Positions 1-12,500 of a DNA stretch of 28,225 nucleotides are shown here, piece after piece (position 1 is the stretch's first letter; each line of letters begins with the position of its first letter). Location: the NCBI GenBank assembly GCA_003971905.1, contig RSEE01000022.1, forward strand, positions 744,001 through 772,225, in the 5' to 3' direction. The DNA comes from Moniliella sp. 'wahieum' (Eukaryota). The translations under genes and the position numbers were made by a program. The notes below the pieces were generated by a model that saw nothing but the letters and a program-made list of their open reading frames with translations, did not search any database and was not told the origin of the DNA.

Positions 1-1112
1 TGTCCTTCGTTCGTCGCAGCCAAGCTGTCCCATTGCACGCTAACATGCAAAAAGATCAAAGACTCACACAGTCAAGGGGAGACGCGCGTTCGTTTCTCAC
101 TTCGGGCGACAACGTGACACGGGCAATTGAAGGTGGGCTACAACGAGAACGCTAACTAAGGAAACTAAGGATCTCTCAGGCTCCACTGGCATGCCTACTG
201 TCTTCCCTGGGTGCCAAGGGTCTACGTCAAGGCCGCAGTCTGCCACTCGATTGGTACGTGACCTCGGGGACTGACCACCAAGACCTGATCATGCTGGCAC
301 AGAACGCGGTCCCCAATCCCCAATCGGACGTGCTATTCTCTCTCCACGCCTGCAAGCTGCAGCGGTCGAGCAGGGGAAGCCCAGTCTTCATTGTTCGTCC
401 CGCGGCAAGGATATCTATATCACTGATATCTATATGTTATGCTGTTCCCACCAGTTCTGAGTCTGCAATATAATGATGCTGTTGCAACTTGGTCGATCCT
501 ATTTACCCAAGAGGGCTTCATGAATCTCTTGCTCCCCTACCCGATGAGATAACCTGAACACGCATCACTGCATCATATGCATCAGGTATGCTGGTTCCCT
601 GAGGAATGCAGACATTCATACTATGCGCCAATTTGTTTATGCAATGCCATGACATTATTCACATCCGGCTGGAACGAAAGCCGCAGGCAGTTATACTAGA
701 GTAGCACGTAGCAGAAAGTAGCGAAGTAGTAAGAAGTAAAGAAAACCGTTCTTGCCAAACACGCACAGCCCGTCCGCACCGGACGGGCCCAGTGAGATCG
801 ATGAGAATGCCCTCCGAGCCCAACCAGTCCCAGAAGGATGGGGGTGGGGGTGGGGCGGTAGAACTGTGGTCAGAGAGCCAGCTAGCGGAGAGACGAGGTC
901 GTTGATGTTTTTTGCCTCCCCCCGTGCTTCAATTGGCTGGCTGCAAGAAACAAGAAAAAGGAATCCAAAGTATTTGATTTGTGGATTTGTGCTGTGCCTC
1001 CCTGGACCAGGTCCTGAACAGAGACCAGCATGCAAGGCAAGCGCTTCAAGCTTCAAAGGTTGAGTACTGATTACTGACGTTAACCGATGGACGATGGTCC
1101 GGCGGTAGGATC

Positions 1113-2456
1113 TTACGGCGCTTCGTCCGCCTTCTCACCCAAGGACGGGACCGGTTGGGCCGGGGTGGTCGCAGTTGCCTTAGGCTGCGACGGGCGAGGT
1201 AGCTGCGGCCGACGAACGCCGTCTTCCCACGCCCAACGCACCCAACACCGTATCCTGCACCACGTCGCCTGTCCAACGCATGGACTAGGCCATCGTGACG
1301 TACCGGCCCCGAAGCAGGGGGAGGTGGGGAGGTAGTAGATTTGTGCGAAAAGCACCGTGTCAAACGTCCCAGTGGGAAGGACCCGAGTCACTGCCTTCGC
1401 CATCAGAAGGAGACGTGGGGCTTGGTTGTCATGCTCATGCTTCGAATGGGATACGAAACCAGGAGCAACGGGGCAGCATGCTGCAGCGACGCTTGTCCTT
1501 CTTCCGGTGGTTGGAGGATGCGTGGGAGTGGTGAGCAAAGCCCAAGCCGGCGGCTGTGATGGTAGCTGACCGATGAGGTCGTTCGGCTCTTTCCTGTTGC
1601 TCGACTTCTTTCTTGAGCTGCTTAGTCTCGCGTTCGAGTTCTTTTTCGTGGAGCTTGGTTTGGCGCTCCTGTTCCAGGCGCGCAGCCTTGGCTCGGTCCT
1701 CTTCCCGTTCGAGGGCTAAGGCTTCGTGGGCATGCGTGTCGGCCACCTCGGTGTGCTTTCGCTCCAACCCGGCTTGGTCGCGCACCAAGGTGCCGTTTCA
1801 GATGCACGGCGCGGATGACGCAAGCGCGCCGCCGCCTTGAGCACATGATCTTGTACAAAGTCCCCCGTGTCCAGGAGGGTGACGCTGCGTTGCGGGTGAT
1901 GCGGTTCTTTGGACGTGGGACTTTCGACGCGGTACAGGGGGTTGGCCTGGTAGGTGGATTTGCTGCGCGGGAGCGCATCGGGATTGCCATTGGGGGAGTG
2001 GGTCGCATACTCCACATCCACATCGTTCACCGCCAACACGTCAAAGGGCGTGGCTTGGTCCTCGTCCGGCGAGGTGAAGACGTAGCGTTTGCCATGGGCG
2101 TCAGAAGGGTGACGAGCATGATGGGGCGAGGTGGGTAGGTTGGCTTGGGCCTCGGACGAGGCAGCCGTGGGCTCAGAGGTGACGCTGCTGGGGGACAGGA
2201 CGCGACGGAGAAAGTTGGGCCGTGTTCTTCGGATGTGGTGCCGGCAGGGGAAGCGGATTCACCGGCGGATTGGCCCGCAGGGGTGAGGGGTGCTCGTGGG
2301 TACCCTCGGGCTCACCAGCAGGCGGGGCCGACTGGGTGGCAAGCGGAGGGTGAGCGTCGGTGGCGGGCTGGGAGTTGGGGCCGAGGTGGATGGACTTTCG
2401 GATGGCGTTGGAGAGGCGGCGGATGGGCCCCTGGGAGGGCGGGTGGTGTCGGTCAT
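1113..2456 (-). CDS. Hypothetical protein with Pro/Ser-rich N-terminus and central charged coiled-coil (frameshifted; 3' end uncertain)
   Basis: ATG at 2456 (MTDTTRPPRG...) lies ~50 nt below a TATAAA. Overlapping minus-strand ORFs (2259-2525, 1716-2039, 1435-1788, 1113-1538) appear to tile one protein. 1435-1788 encodes an E/K/R/Q-rich coiled coil (EALALEREEDRAKAARLEQERQTKLHEKELERETKQLKKEVEQQE). No family recognised. Confidence 0.45.
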
Positions 2457-2502
2457 TGTGGGTAGGTGGGTTGGAGGGAGAGAAGGGAGAGAGGGGGCGG
2501 GG

Positions 2503-2508
2503 TTTATA
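2503..2508 (-). promoter_or_regulatory. TATA box of the hypothetical coiled-coil gene
   Basis: TATAAA on the minus strand, followed by a pyrimidine-rich stretch and the ATG at 2456. Confidence 0.45.
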
Positions 2509-3687
2509 GCCGCGTCAAGCGTCAAGGGCCACCGCGTAGATCGAACGGGCAGGCGGGAGGGTGGATGGGTGATGGGGGCTGCCGTCGATGACGCATGATG
2601 TGGTCTGTGCAGTGTGGCAGCCGCCGGGCAGAGGCCGGCCGGGGATTGCCGGGTCCATCGTCCACGGCGACGTGTTTTGGTATACAGCGGGTGGCATCAG
2701 TTATCAACTTGATAGCTCAGCTGAGCACACACCAATTTGCCAGACGGCGTCATAACATGTCCATGTCGCCACCCTGTGGCCACCTACCGCAACCTAGAAA
2801 TGGTCCCAACTAGCCCCCAACGTCCACTAGTAGATCAGGCGCTTGCCTGGCGTGGCCCTCGGACCTCAGACTGAGATCCAGAACTCGCAGCCGACAGCCA
2901 ACGCCCAAAGGTCCATAACTGTCTGCCCACCCTGGCGCCGGCTAAACAGGTCGTTGGATCCACACTGCGCCTGGGCCAGCCTGGAAATCAAGCCACTTTC
3001 AAGCCCCGTCCCGCGTTAGCGCGTCACCCATCCACCCTCCGGTTTCCCCCTTCCTCCATCGACCACGGGCCACAGCCCATCGCTTCCGCCTCTCCGCCGG
3101 ATGGCTGCCGCCTGGTACGCGGGACGCCCACTCAGTGTACTCAGTAATACTACTCTGAGATCTGAGACGCTGGGGGGCCCGTGTGCGTGGGAGGCGGTCC
3201 CTGGGCCGGGCCAGGGGTGCGCGCCTAGGCCCTAGGCTAGACTGCTGTTGCCGCCACCCGTACCTGTCCGGACTCCGTGGGCTCCGGCAGGTCTGCGGCG
3301 CCGTCGCGCACACCATCCCATGTCACGGACATGTCACACTCGGCGGTAACTCAGTGGCAGGAGCCGTCTGGTTCCGAGGCGTTGCATCAGGACGCACTGA
3401 GGCTCAGTTGGCCTCAGCACCCTCAGCACCCCAGTCTCCCCTGGCACATGACGTCATGGGCTGGTCGATGGTGTGGGTGGCGGGGGATGATCGATGATGC
3501 ATGATGCACGATGCATGATGTCGATGATGCAGTGGACCAACCGAACTGCATCCTACGACCATGCGTCACGTGCATCAGCATCGAGCACCCTACATAAGGA
3601 TGAAGCTGATGAAGACGAAGAGGCCGAGATCAAACGAGGAATAGTAAGATCTAAGATGCCTGAGCAAGAGTATGAAGGAACGATTAA

Positions 3688-3815
3688 TGAGATGGATAAG
3701 ATGGGATAAGATAAGATGAGATAAGATGAAATGAGATGAGATGAGTTGGGAAAACATGAGATAAGATGGAATGAGATGAGATGATCAACGAGATGAGAAG
3801 AGATGATGAGAAGGA
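3688..3815. repeat. Degenerate pentamer microsatellite (GAGAT/GATAA/GAAAT)n
   Basis: Direct reading: gataagataagatgagataagatgaaatgagatgagatgag... Intergenic, downstream of the Ral2-like gene. Confidence 0.85.
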
Positions 3816-4198
3816 TGAGAGGTAGCACGGGATGGGATGAAAAAAGGCACGAATGATGGATGAGGCCTGAGGCTACTAGTAACAGGAAGTAAGGATGAAG
3901 CAAAAGTGGAATGGAGGAAGGAAATGGAGGGAGATGACTGGAAAGAAGGGGACGAGAGGGGAGAGGAGAGGAGGGGGGGGCAAGCCCAAGTCCAAGCCCA
4001 AACCAACCCCATCATACCTACCCACACAGCATCACCAAAGGGACCTGTGGGGGGGTAGGATCGACTCGAGGTGGGGAGTCGAAGGATGTTTCTTAGTTCA
4101 GCCTGCGAGAGCGACCATCCCATCCCATCCCATCCCGTCCCATCGCGTTCCGTCGGGTTCCGTCGGTCGGGTCGGGTCGCACGCGACCCACTCACCTA

Positions 4199-7100
4199 CT
4201 ACCCGAGGCCGAGACCCACGAGGGAACTTGTGCTACCAGTGACGCTGGTGGTCGAACCGCTGCACCTGGGTCGCGGACCCGGGCGATCATCGAGCATGTC
4301 AACAAAGCTATGCGACAAGGACAAGGGTACATCCAACCGTCGCTGTCTTCCCCTCCACCTCCCCATCTCCGTTCCCATCTCCGTCACCGTCCTGGTCCCT
4401 TGGCCCTCAGCTTCTGCACCCACCATGGGAGCAGGCTGAGCGTGCGCTTCAGCTGCCCTCGGCTTCTGCACGTAACTCCATCCGCCTTGCAATCCGTTTG
4501 AGCCGCACGCCTTCGCTCGTGGGACTCGGCAAGGCATAGCCATAGCCATGGGGATGACCGTGCGTCAAGCGCGCCAAGCGTGGCGCAGAAGGGGGAGACG
4601 CCACCCCAGCGGGGCGGACCGCGGGGCGCGGTCCAGACTCTCCGGGGGGAAGGGCGATGCGGGCTGGGTCGTGGCCGTGGCCGTGGTGGCCGTGGTGGTG
4701 GATGGGGTGGTAGGTGTCGATGAGGAGGAAGTAGATTCGCGCTGGCTCGGGCTGGGCGGGACGTGGTGCCGAGGCGTACGAGGCAGGGCTAAGGGGGCGA
4801 ACGCGTGGCTGGAACCAAGCGGGTCGAGCGGGTCGAGCGGGTCCAGTGGGTCGAGTGGTCGAACGGGTCGGGGTGGGAGGTAGACGGGGGGGAAGTAAGT
4901 ACGCTCGTGGAACTGCGGGACAAGCGCAGTGGATGGTCAGACGCGGTGCGTGCGCCCAAGCCGGTCAAGCGCGTACTGGCACTAGTGCTAGCTGCTGCTG
5001 CTGGTGGAGCCAGTGGGAAGGGACGTATCAACCGCCGGAGGAGGGGACGGGGCGCGCGCGCCACCCGTCAGGCGGTACATCGCCAAGTCCTGTACCGATG
5101 AGCGGGGGGAAAGCCGTCCCATGAGCCCGGGCGCCAACCCCGACGCTGACGCTGACGCCGTGCCGGGACTGGTGCCCAAGATGGAGGGCGAGCCGAGCGG
5201 GTCGGAAGGCATCCTGCTCTTCACGGCTTGGGCGTACGAGCCACCCGGGCCCGGGAAGTCTGGGTCCCAACCGCGCTCGTGCTCGTCCACAGTCTGGGGC
5301 CGGGGTTCCGCACCTGGGCCGGGAGCTCGTCCACCCGCCGCTGACACACCCGACGGCGCGAGGGGGGGCACGGACTCGGCCACGGACGAGGACAAGGACT
5401 TGGACGCGCCTGCCCCCCCGCCCCACCGACCGGGGAGCAAGCTACTGCTCGCTGCGCAGCGGCCGTGCTGGGCGGTAAGAATCCGGTGCCGGTGCCGGTG
5501 CTGGTGCTGGCGCGTGAGCAAAGGCAAAAGGAAGCGAGCTGCGCACCGTTTGTGCGGCCCTTGAAGCGGGGTGGGGTAGTAGGCTGCTACTACTAGTTGG
5601 CAAGGTAACCTGTGATGCAGGTTGGCTAATGCGAGGACCTAAGCGGTCCAAGCCCAAACTTTTTTTCAATTGGATCACCGTCCGGAACGCATGGATCTGT
5701 ACCGCCCTGGCCTCGGCTAAGGCCGCAGCGTCAACGATGGCTTGGGCCAGCTGCAGGCGGGTTTGGTTGGGAAGCGCGAGGGTTAGGGATAAGGCGTGGG
5801 ACTGGGACGACTGGGGTAGAGTAGGGGCAGGGTCGCGGTCGAAGGAGAACGAGTGGGAGTGCGAGTGCGAGGGTGGGAGCGGGGCCAAGTCGTTGGTCAG
5901 TGCGTGGTGCAGAGCGTGGGCGCACCAGCGTGCCAAGTCGGGCAGGTGGTAGATGCGAGCCAAGAGGAGCAAAGCGGAGCTGATACGAGGGTGGCGCTGG
6001 AGGGGGGGGGTAGCGAGCGTCAAGGTATAAAAGTAGAGCAACAACGAACGCACTACATCAGGAGGTTCAGGCAAGATGAGTCTGCGCGGGGTGGTGAGAC
6101 GGACATCCGACTTGCCCAGTCGCAGTACCATCGCTTCTTCCTCTTGACCTTCCTCGGCGGAGGTACGAACGAGGTGAAGTGCTCGTCCGCGGTAGGTGCG
6201 CATCGCGTCCCGAAACCATGGCCAGCGACGTTCCAATAGCGCACGCCACGTGCCCACCCTCGTCCCGTCTTGGCAGATCACTTCAAAGTCGCCTTGTGCG
6301 CCTATACTGCTCGCCAAGCCAGACGACCTACCAGCCGACGTTTCCACCCGCCTGGACCGGCGCCTACGGCCGAGGAGGCGGGGAGAGAAGACCCAAATGG
6401 ACACACGGGCGGGCCTAACGATCCACCGCGCGTCGCGCCAGGCGTAGCAGCAGGGGTTGTACGAGTGTCAAAGCGGGTGTAGCGGTGTGTAGCGGGTAGC
6501 GGTAGCGGTAGTGCTGTCGGCTGCTGCTGTGCTACCATCTTGGGCGGTCGAAAGCATCATGTCAATGCCCAGCTCGATGGTCCAGGGTGCGACCTGCGCC
6601 AGAGGGGGCTGGTAGATCCCCATGCTTCCAAGTCCAACGCAGCTAGCTGGTGCATGTTGACCTGACGAGCTTGGTAGTCGGTGGCCAAGTCGCGCGAGCG
6701 CAAGCCAAGATCAACATACGATTCTCCTGACGGTTCAAGAGGGCTTTGTTCCACGATCCGGTACTGAGCAACGTGCCGCGTCCAAGCGGGTCCAGCGCAG
6801 CTGACTCAACTGCAGCGCCACAGCGCATGCGTTTGAGTCGTACTGCCCAAATGGGTGCCGGAAACAAGTAGTAGATGATCACCTACCACGTACCCGGTCG
6901 GAAACCGCAAGCCTGGAGGCACAGGTACCAAACTCTCCCTTTCTCTGTCCCTGTCTCTGCCCTTGTCCCTGTCACCACCTGGGAACGCTGGCTGGGATCC
7001 ACGACGACCCTGGACCATTCGCGCACCGAGGTCTTCAATGGTCAACTGACACAGGTGCCCGGTAGCATCCTGCTCGTATTGGAACAAGAGCAACTCGCGC

Positions 7101-8629
7101 TGCACGTTGGAGAAGCGCGAGTTGGAGTAGAGCAGTACGGGCGGCAACCGTTTTTTCGCAGGCGACGAGGTTGAGGTGAGGAGGTGGTGGAAGAGATGGA
7201 GGTGAACGAAGAAGAAGAGGAAGAGGAGGAGGAGGAGGATGAAAAAAGAAGAAGAAGAAGAGAAGGAAGGAGGGAAGGAGAGGAGGAAGGCGGTACGGAC
7301 GTGTGGGCAAATGGAACACTGAACGGTAACCGCCGTAGATCGGTCAGGCCCAGGTTCAAATCCTTCTCGCGCGTCACGGTGTCCAAGGTGGGAGTGGTAG
7401 ATTGAGACCGTTCCAAAGCTTCGAGCGATTTTTGCAAACCTCGTACCGGCCGAAGCAAAGGAGCTATCCGGGCGCAGCGGCAGGCCATGCGCGACCGAAG
7501 ACCGGCGTACGTCGGACGCCGCAGCGGAAGCGGAGGAAAGGGCAGAGGCAGGTAAAGTGGTAGAGCTCAAGGGGGAAAGCGCACCGCTAGCTGTCGAGGT
7601 CCGACGACTTGTTGAGGGCAGTGCCCCGCCCCGCCCCGCGATTGGAGCCAACAAGGCCATTGCGTTGATGAGGCAGGTCCGATCGCGTCGGCGGATTCGG
7701 ACGTTCGCCACCCACTACGATTTCGCGTCCTTGGCCATCGAATACGGCCCACGGTACAGGCGCCAACAAAGAGCGGTAGCATCCGAACTTACCCTTGAGT
7801 GGGTCGGTGCGCAGCCATCGCGACTGGCGCAAACTGAACAAGTTGGCTTGCATAATGTACTCGTTCTGTGCGTCTTGGCCGCCAACAACCAACAGGTAGT
7901 CGCCCACGACGGCGCTGAGGTGGGCGTAGCGCGCCGTAGGCCGCGGCGGGGGCACATCGCTATTGGGAGGGTGATCATAGCTCAAGTCCCACGTTTGGGT
8001 GGTCAAGTCGAACGCAATGATTTCAGACAAGGTTGCCAGTCCATCAGCCGCTGGGGCCGAGGTGCCGTGGGCCAAGGACGTGGCGTGCCCGATCGACCAG
8101 TATCGGTTTCACTGGCGCGTGGGGTGCGCAGCGTGATGTGATGGTCTCGGACGATTCGCGCTCACTTTGGGGCCGGGGACCGAGCGCCATGCCGCCCGAG
8201 ATGAGCAGACGACCGTCCCAGACGTTGGCGGCGTGAAAGTAGCGCGGCTGGGGCCAGGCACCAGAGGAAAGGAGAGGATCGTTGGCGATGGCCAACTCGC
8301 TGGGCTCGTCTGCCTCGTGGTTGGCAAGGACGATGGCTGCGTCGGGTCCGGGGCCGAGGAAGGACCAAATGCGAGTGGTGAGGTTGAGCACGTAGAGAGG
8401 GCATTGGTTAGTCTGCGGTCGCTGAGGCGGCCACCAAAGACGTAGAGGCACGCTTCCCCCTTGGAGGAGGTGCCTGGACCCGATTCGACGACAGTGGTGG
8501 ATGCGCCCTGGGGGGGGAGGGGCAGCAAATGGTTAGGAGGGCGAGGAAGAAAGACGGGGGAAGGAGGGCGTAAATCAGCGGAGGCGGGATGGTGCCGGTT
8601 GTGGTGAGCAGAAAGAAACGAGGAGGCAT
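4199..8629 (-). CDS. ral2: Kelch-repeat + BTB/POZ regulatory protein, Ral2/Mds3/Pmd1 family (several frameshifts; long low-complexity C-terminus, 3' end approximate)
   Basis: Family motifs occur in order across frames: TTGTIPPPLI|GASTTVV, LYVFGGRL, PQPRYFHAANVWDGRLLISGGM, PTARYAHLSAVVGDYLLVVGGQD, LLYSNSRFSNVQREL, PPGLRFPTG, GSWNKAL, DLATDYQARQVNM..LDLEAWG, then BTB (GDFEVICQDG..LLERRWPWF..LPEPPDVVRSLLLYFYT). First intron ~8508-8572 has a CTAAC branch at 8532-8536 and a CAG acceptor. Confidence 0.85.
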
Positions 8630-9107
8630 CAGCGAGGGAGGGGGGCTGGGCGCGGGGCTGGGGCTGGGGGGAAGGAGTGTTGGTGATGGGGCTGGGGCGG
8701 ATGAGAGGGAGAAGGAGCGAGGGGGGGCGGGCGGGGGGGAGGCGGATCCGCTGTCGGTGCGGGTGCGAGGAAGGGGCGCATGGGCGGGGGGGGTGGAGGC
8801 GGAGAAGGAGGGAGCGGGAGAGGGAGAGGGAGAGGAAGAGGGAGAGGAGAGGGAGAGGAGAGGAGCGAAGTGGGAGGCAAAAGGACGCACGCCAGCGGGA
8901 CAGAGAGCAGAAGAGAAGACAAGAGAACAGAACAGACAGATGACAGAACCGACGACCAACGACGGCTGCCGCTGAAATTCAGCCTGCGCTGCTCGTCGAG
9001 GACGCAAAGAAAGACAGAAGCGCCTGCCAGGGGCTGTTGCGCACCGCACGCTGGCCGACTGCTGCTGCGCCCCCGCCCCGGCCCCCCCGCCGACACGGCT
9101 TGTGGCG

Positions 9108-9115
9108 TTATATAT
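9108..9115 (-). promoter_or_regulatory. Putative TATA element (ATATATAA) upstream of the Ral2-like gene
   Basis: Only AT-rich element between the ligase stop and the Ral2 ATG, about 480 nt upstream, followed by a CT-rich leader. Confidence 0.3.
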
Positions 9116-9544
9116 GTGCTGCCCATCCCACACACCTCACTCGTCACTCGTCACTCGCAGTGGTAGTAGCACTAGCACGGCCTAACCCCCCCCCACCCCC
9201 AAGTGTGATAGTGGATCTCAATCACCACCGCCTCCACGTGGCTGCCCGCACGCTGCCCCCCGCTGCCTGCCCCGACAGCCACGCCACATCCTCCGCCTAC
9301 GTACGCCTTTTCAGATCTGAATCTGCGATCTGGATCTGAGCCCAGCTGGCCTCCGCCATCCATTGCATCCATCATCCATCATCCATCATCCGCCCATCCG
9401 CCATTAGACATCCGCCCCCCTCCGCCTCCTCTGCTGCCTGGGTGCGCAGGCGGCGCAGACGCACACTTTGCACATCCGGATCCTGCGGCCCCGTCTTGTC
9501 TGCATCTGTCCACACCCGCACCCCTCGCTCGTCAGCACCAGCAC

Positions 9545-12500
9545 TCACTCCGCACTCCGCACTCCCCCGATCCAGCACGCACCAATGCCCAGGTAGACCG
9601 GGTGTCGTGGCTTGCCCTCCTTTTCCGTCAGGTCCCAGCAGCGGTACTTGACGATTGCGCCGATGGGAGGCCATTGACCGCGGGTGCGGGTTTGTGCGTC
9701 AAGACCCGATCCGACATTGAATTGTACGCCCGACGCCATACGGCAGGTAAGTGCGCCGATCTGGTTCGGGTCTTCATCTGGTCTTCCGTGTCGGAGCGGG
9801 GTGTAGCCAACGACAGTGGCTTCGCCATCGTATGCAGCTTTGACCTTGTACAGTACCCTGTTGGACCTTCCTGGGACGTAATCTGATCCTACTTTGCGCA
9901 GCATCGCGCCTTCCCCCCGCGCTTGAGTATGGCCGCGACGAACGAGGCGAGGTGGGCGGGGGATTGGCATCGGATCTGTTTCAGTGGCACCACCCTCCGT
10001 GCCTGGGGCGAGGTGAGCAGCGCAGTAGATTGCGATTGGGACGAAGTAGCTCGTGCTTCGGGATTCAATGCCCACACCACCTCGTCCGGCGTCAAGGCTG
10101 GGCCCAAGCGGTCCGTCATGAGCTCCCACCGTGCTTCCACCGAAAGCTTACCTGCCCCACTGGGCGAACGCGGGAAACAGTCAAATACCATGTACACACC
10201 CCGTCCCAGCGCGCGTGCGACGACCGGATCTTACCTGACGTCGCATTGAACGTATCCCTGCCACCCCACAGCTCCCCATCCAGCGCCAAGTCGGTCGGTA
10301 ACTCTGTGTGTGTTACGCAGCATGGGGGTCAGTACTCAGTCTCCGTGTCAATGCAAGTCAAATTCCAGGTTCCGTGCGACCTGTGAGTGTGTTGACCGTT
10401 GACATGTTGACAGATCTTCCTTTTTTTTCTTTCGATGGGTTGCCGGCGGCGGCAGGCACAGGTACGTACCTTTGGCAAACTCGGGCGGGGACGCTGGGCA
10501 TGACCTTGGCGGGAAATCAAATACTCGCCATCCCAATACGCTCGGAACCCATCCAACTGGTGCCACCATCCACAGTTTCATCGTCAGTTCGTCAGTTCGT
10601 CAGTTCGTATACTCCATTGATCGGTTTCTCGGTTTCTTGGTTCGTCCCGTGCCCCCTCTCTCCTCTCCTCTTGTTCTGAAAAGAAAGAAAGAGAGACGCG
10701 AAATGACGCGACACGACACGACACGACACGATACGAAACGAAACGAAACGAACGAAACCGAGACCGAGAAGGAGAAGGAGACCCAACCACGCAACCAGGG
10801 GGGGCGACAACGTACCTTTTCCGACATCCACCAATCTCCGGGACACATCTGCTCAGTCCAGCTAGCTGGTACCATCTTGGCTAACATGAGCGCGGGGGGA
10901 GCAAGCTTCCTCCGCTCTCTCGGCTGCGCCGTCCCTGACCCACCGGCGTCCCGCGCGTCCGAACCACCCCGGCAGACCAAAGTGGAAGTAGAGGTAGAGG
11001 TAGAGGTAGGGGTAGGGGTAGGGGTGGAAGAGGAGAGGGAGGACGAGCAGCGAGCGAGGAGGGCACGGGCACGGACACGTGCATCGGCTGGGACAAAGAG
11101 GGGGAAGCAACTGGTTGGCTACTACTAGGGTGGGGAGGGAAGCTAGGAGAAGAAGAGCCGGGGAAGGATGCCAACCGGGCTGAGAACCCTGCTGAGACCC
11201 CGGCTGAGAAGAAGGATGGTGCATCAAGATGCTCACATGACCCTTTTCCGAAGCGGGGGGAGGGGGGGCGAGTGTGGGAGGCGGACGAACGTGGCGGGCC
11301 GCATTGAGGCGGAACTTGTCGTACGCCGAACCGAGGAAATGAGTTAGGTGACGACAAGTTCGTTGCCACGTTGGCGTGGCGTGGTGCGCAAACTTGAATT
11401 CCGGACAGGTACAGAGCCAAGTCAGGGCCGTCTTGTGCGTAATGCGGTACGCGTGCGCACCAGGGAATAAAGAGACTGAGGTAGACGCTCCAATGGCCAG
11501 ATGGGTACGCGGACGCGGGGTCGAGTCCGTCTCGGAGTCCGCGTCGGCGTCCGCGTCCGCGTCGGTAGCTGACTGGGTCAGAGCGGGACCAGGGTCGGTG
11601 CTTTCTTCAGTAAAGGGAGGTACGTGGGGGACAAAGTGGTAGGAGGAGGGGGACGAAGCGAGTTGGGACCCCGATGGCTGGGACGGAGCCGGGGCAAATG
11701 CAGGCGCAGACGCAGACGCAGGCGCCGAGGAAGAGGGTGCAACTACGTTTCTTGGGTCTTTGGCGGTGGGGTTGGCTGTAAAGTTCGGCTGCGGGTTGGA
11801 TTGGGTTGTAGGCTGCCTGTTCCGGATGGGCGAGGCTGAGAAAGAGGACGAAAATGAGGACGAAGAAGAGGAAGAGGGAGAAGGAGAAGGAGGGGAATAA
11901 GGAGAAGGGAAAGGTGAGGAGGAGGAGCACGCCGCTGGCCCTAGCTCGGACGCACGCGCGCGACGCTCCTCTGTCCCGGATAGCTGGGTCGGGGAGGCGG
12001 AGAAAGGGATGGACAAGGGAGGAAGCACATTGGGTTTTCCCCTCGCAGCGGGGGGAAGAGCAAGCAACTTGGCTTTACCTCTCGCGGCACGGGAGGTGGG
12101 GGACGAGGACGAAGCAGAGATCGGTGCAGTAGCATGAGATAAACGGGACGACCAGGGCGCAGCCGGGTCCACCTTTTCTGCCTCCGCATTACCTGCCGCC
12201 CGAGCCGGCTCGCGATTCACGACTGGGGAATCCGAGGCAGCCGCATGACAGGTGGAGACGGTAGTCGGGGTGACACTCCTGGGCGGGTAAGCTGGGGGTT
12301 CCAAGCTGAGGCCGGGGCGCTGAGGCGATCTACGCGGCGACTCAGGTGACGATCGATGCGGCGGGACGGGAGATGCGGTAGGGGAGAGGGAAGACGGTGG
12401 TGGACCAGATAGGGGAGGCTGGTGGTGGTGATGATGAGGTCCTACTGACCGAATCTGGTTCCCCGTCGCCATACCCACCGCGGTGGCAGGCAACGCATGT

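Noticed and set aside
1..473. Possible 3' exons of a gene or TE on the + strand (GCTAAC..CAG, GTACGT, ORF 258-473)
   Set aside because: I could not build a coherent reading frame or recognise a domain.
691..1056. Minus ORF starting LEALALHAG, reminiscent of Cys/Met PLP-enzyme N-termini
   Set aside because: The similarity does not continue past a few residues, and the ORF starts at TTG, not ATG.
10230..10236. GGTAAG donor-like site within the ligase
   Set aside because: The sequence reads through as coding (TSGKIRSSHARWDG, leading to YMVFD), so no intron is needed.
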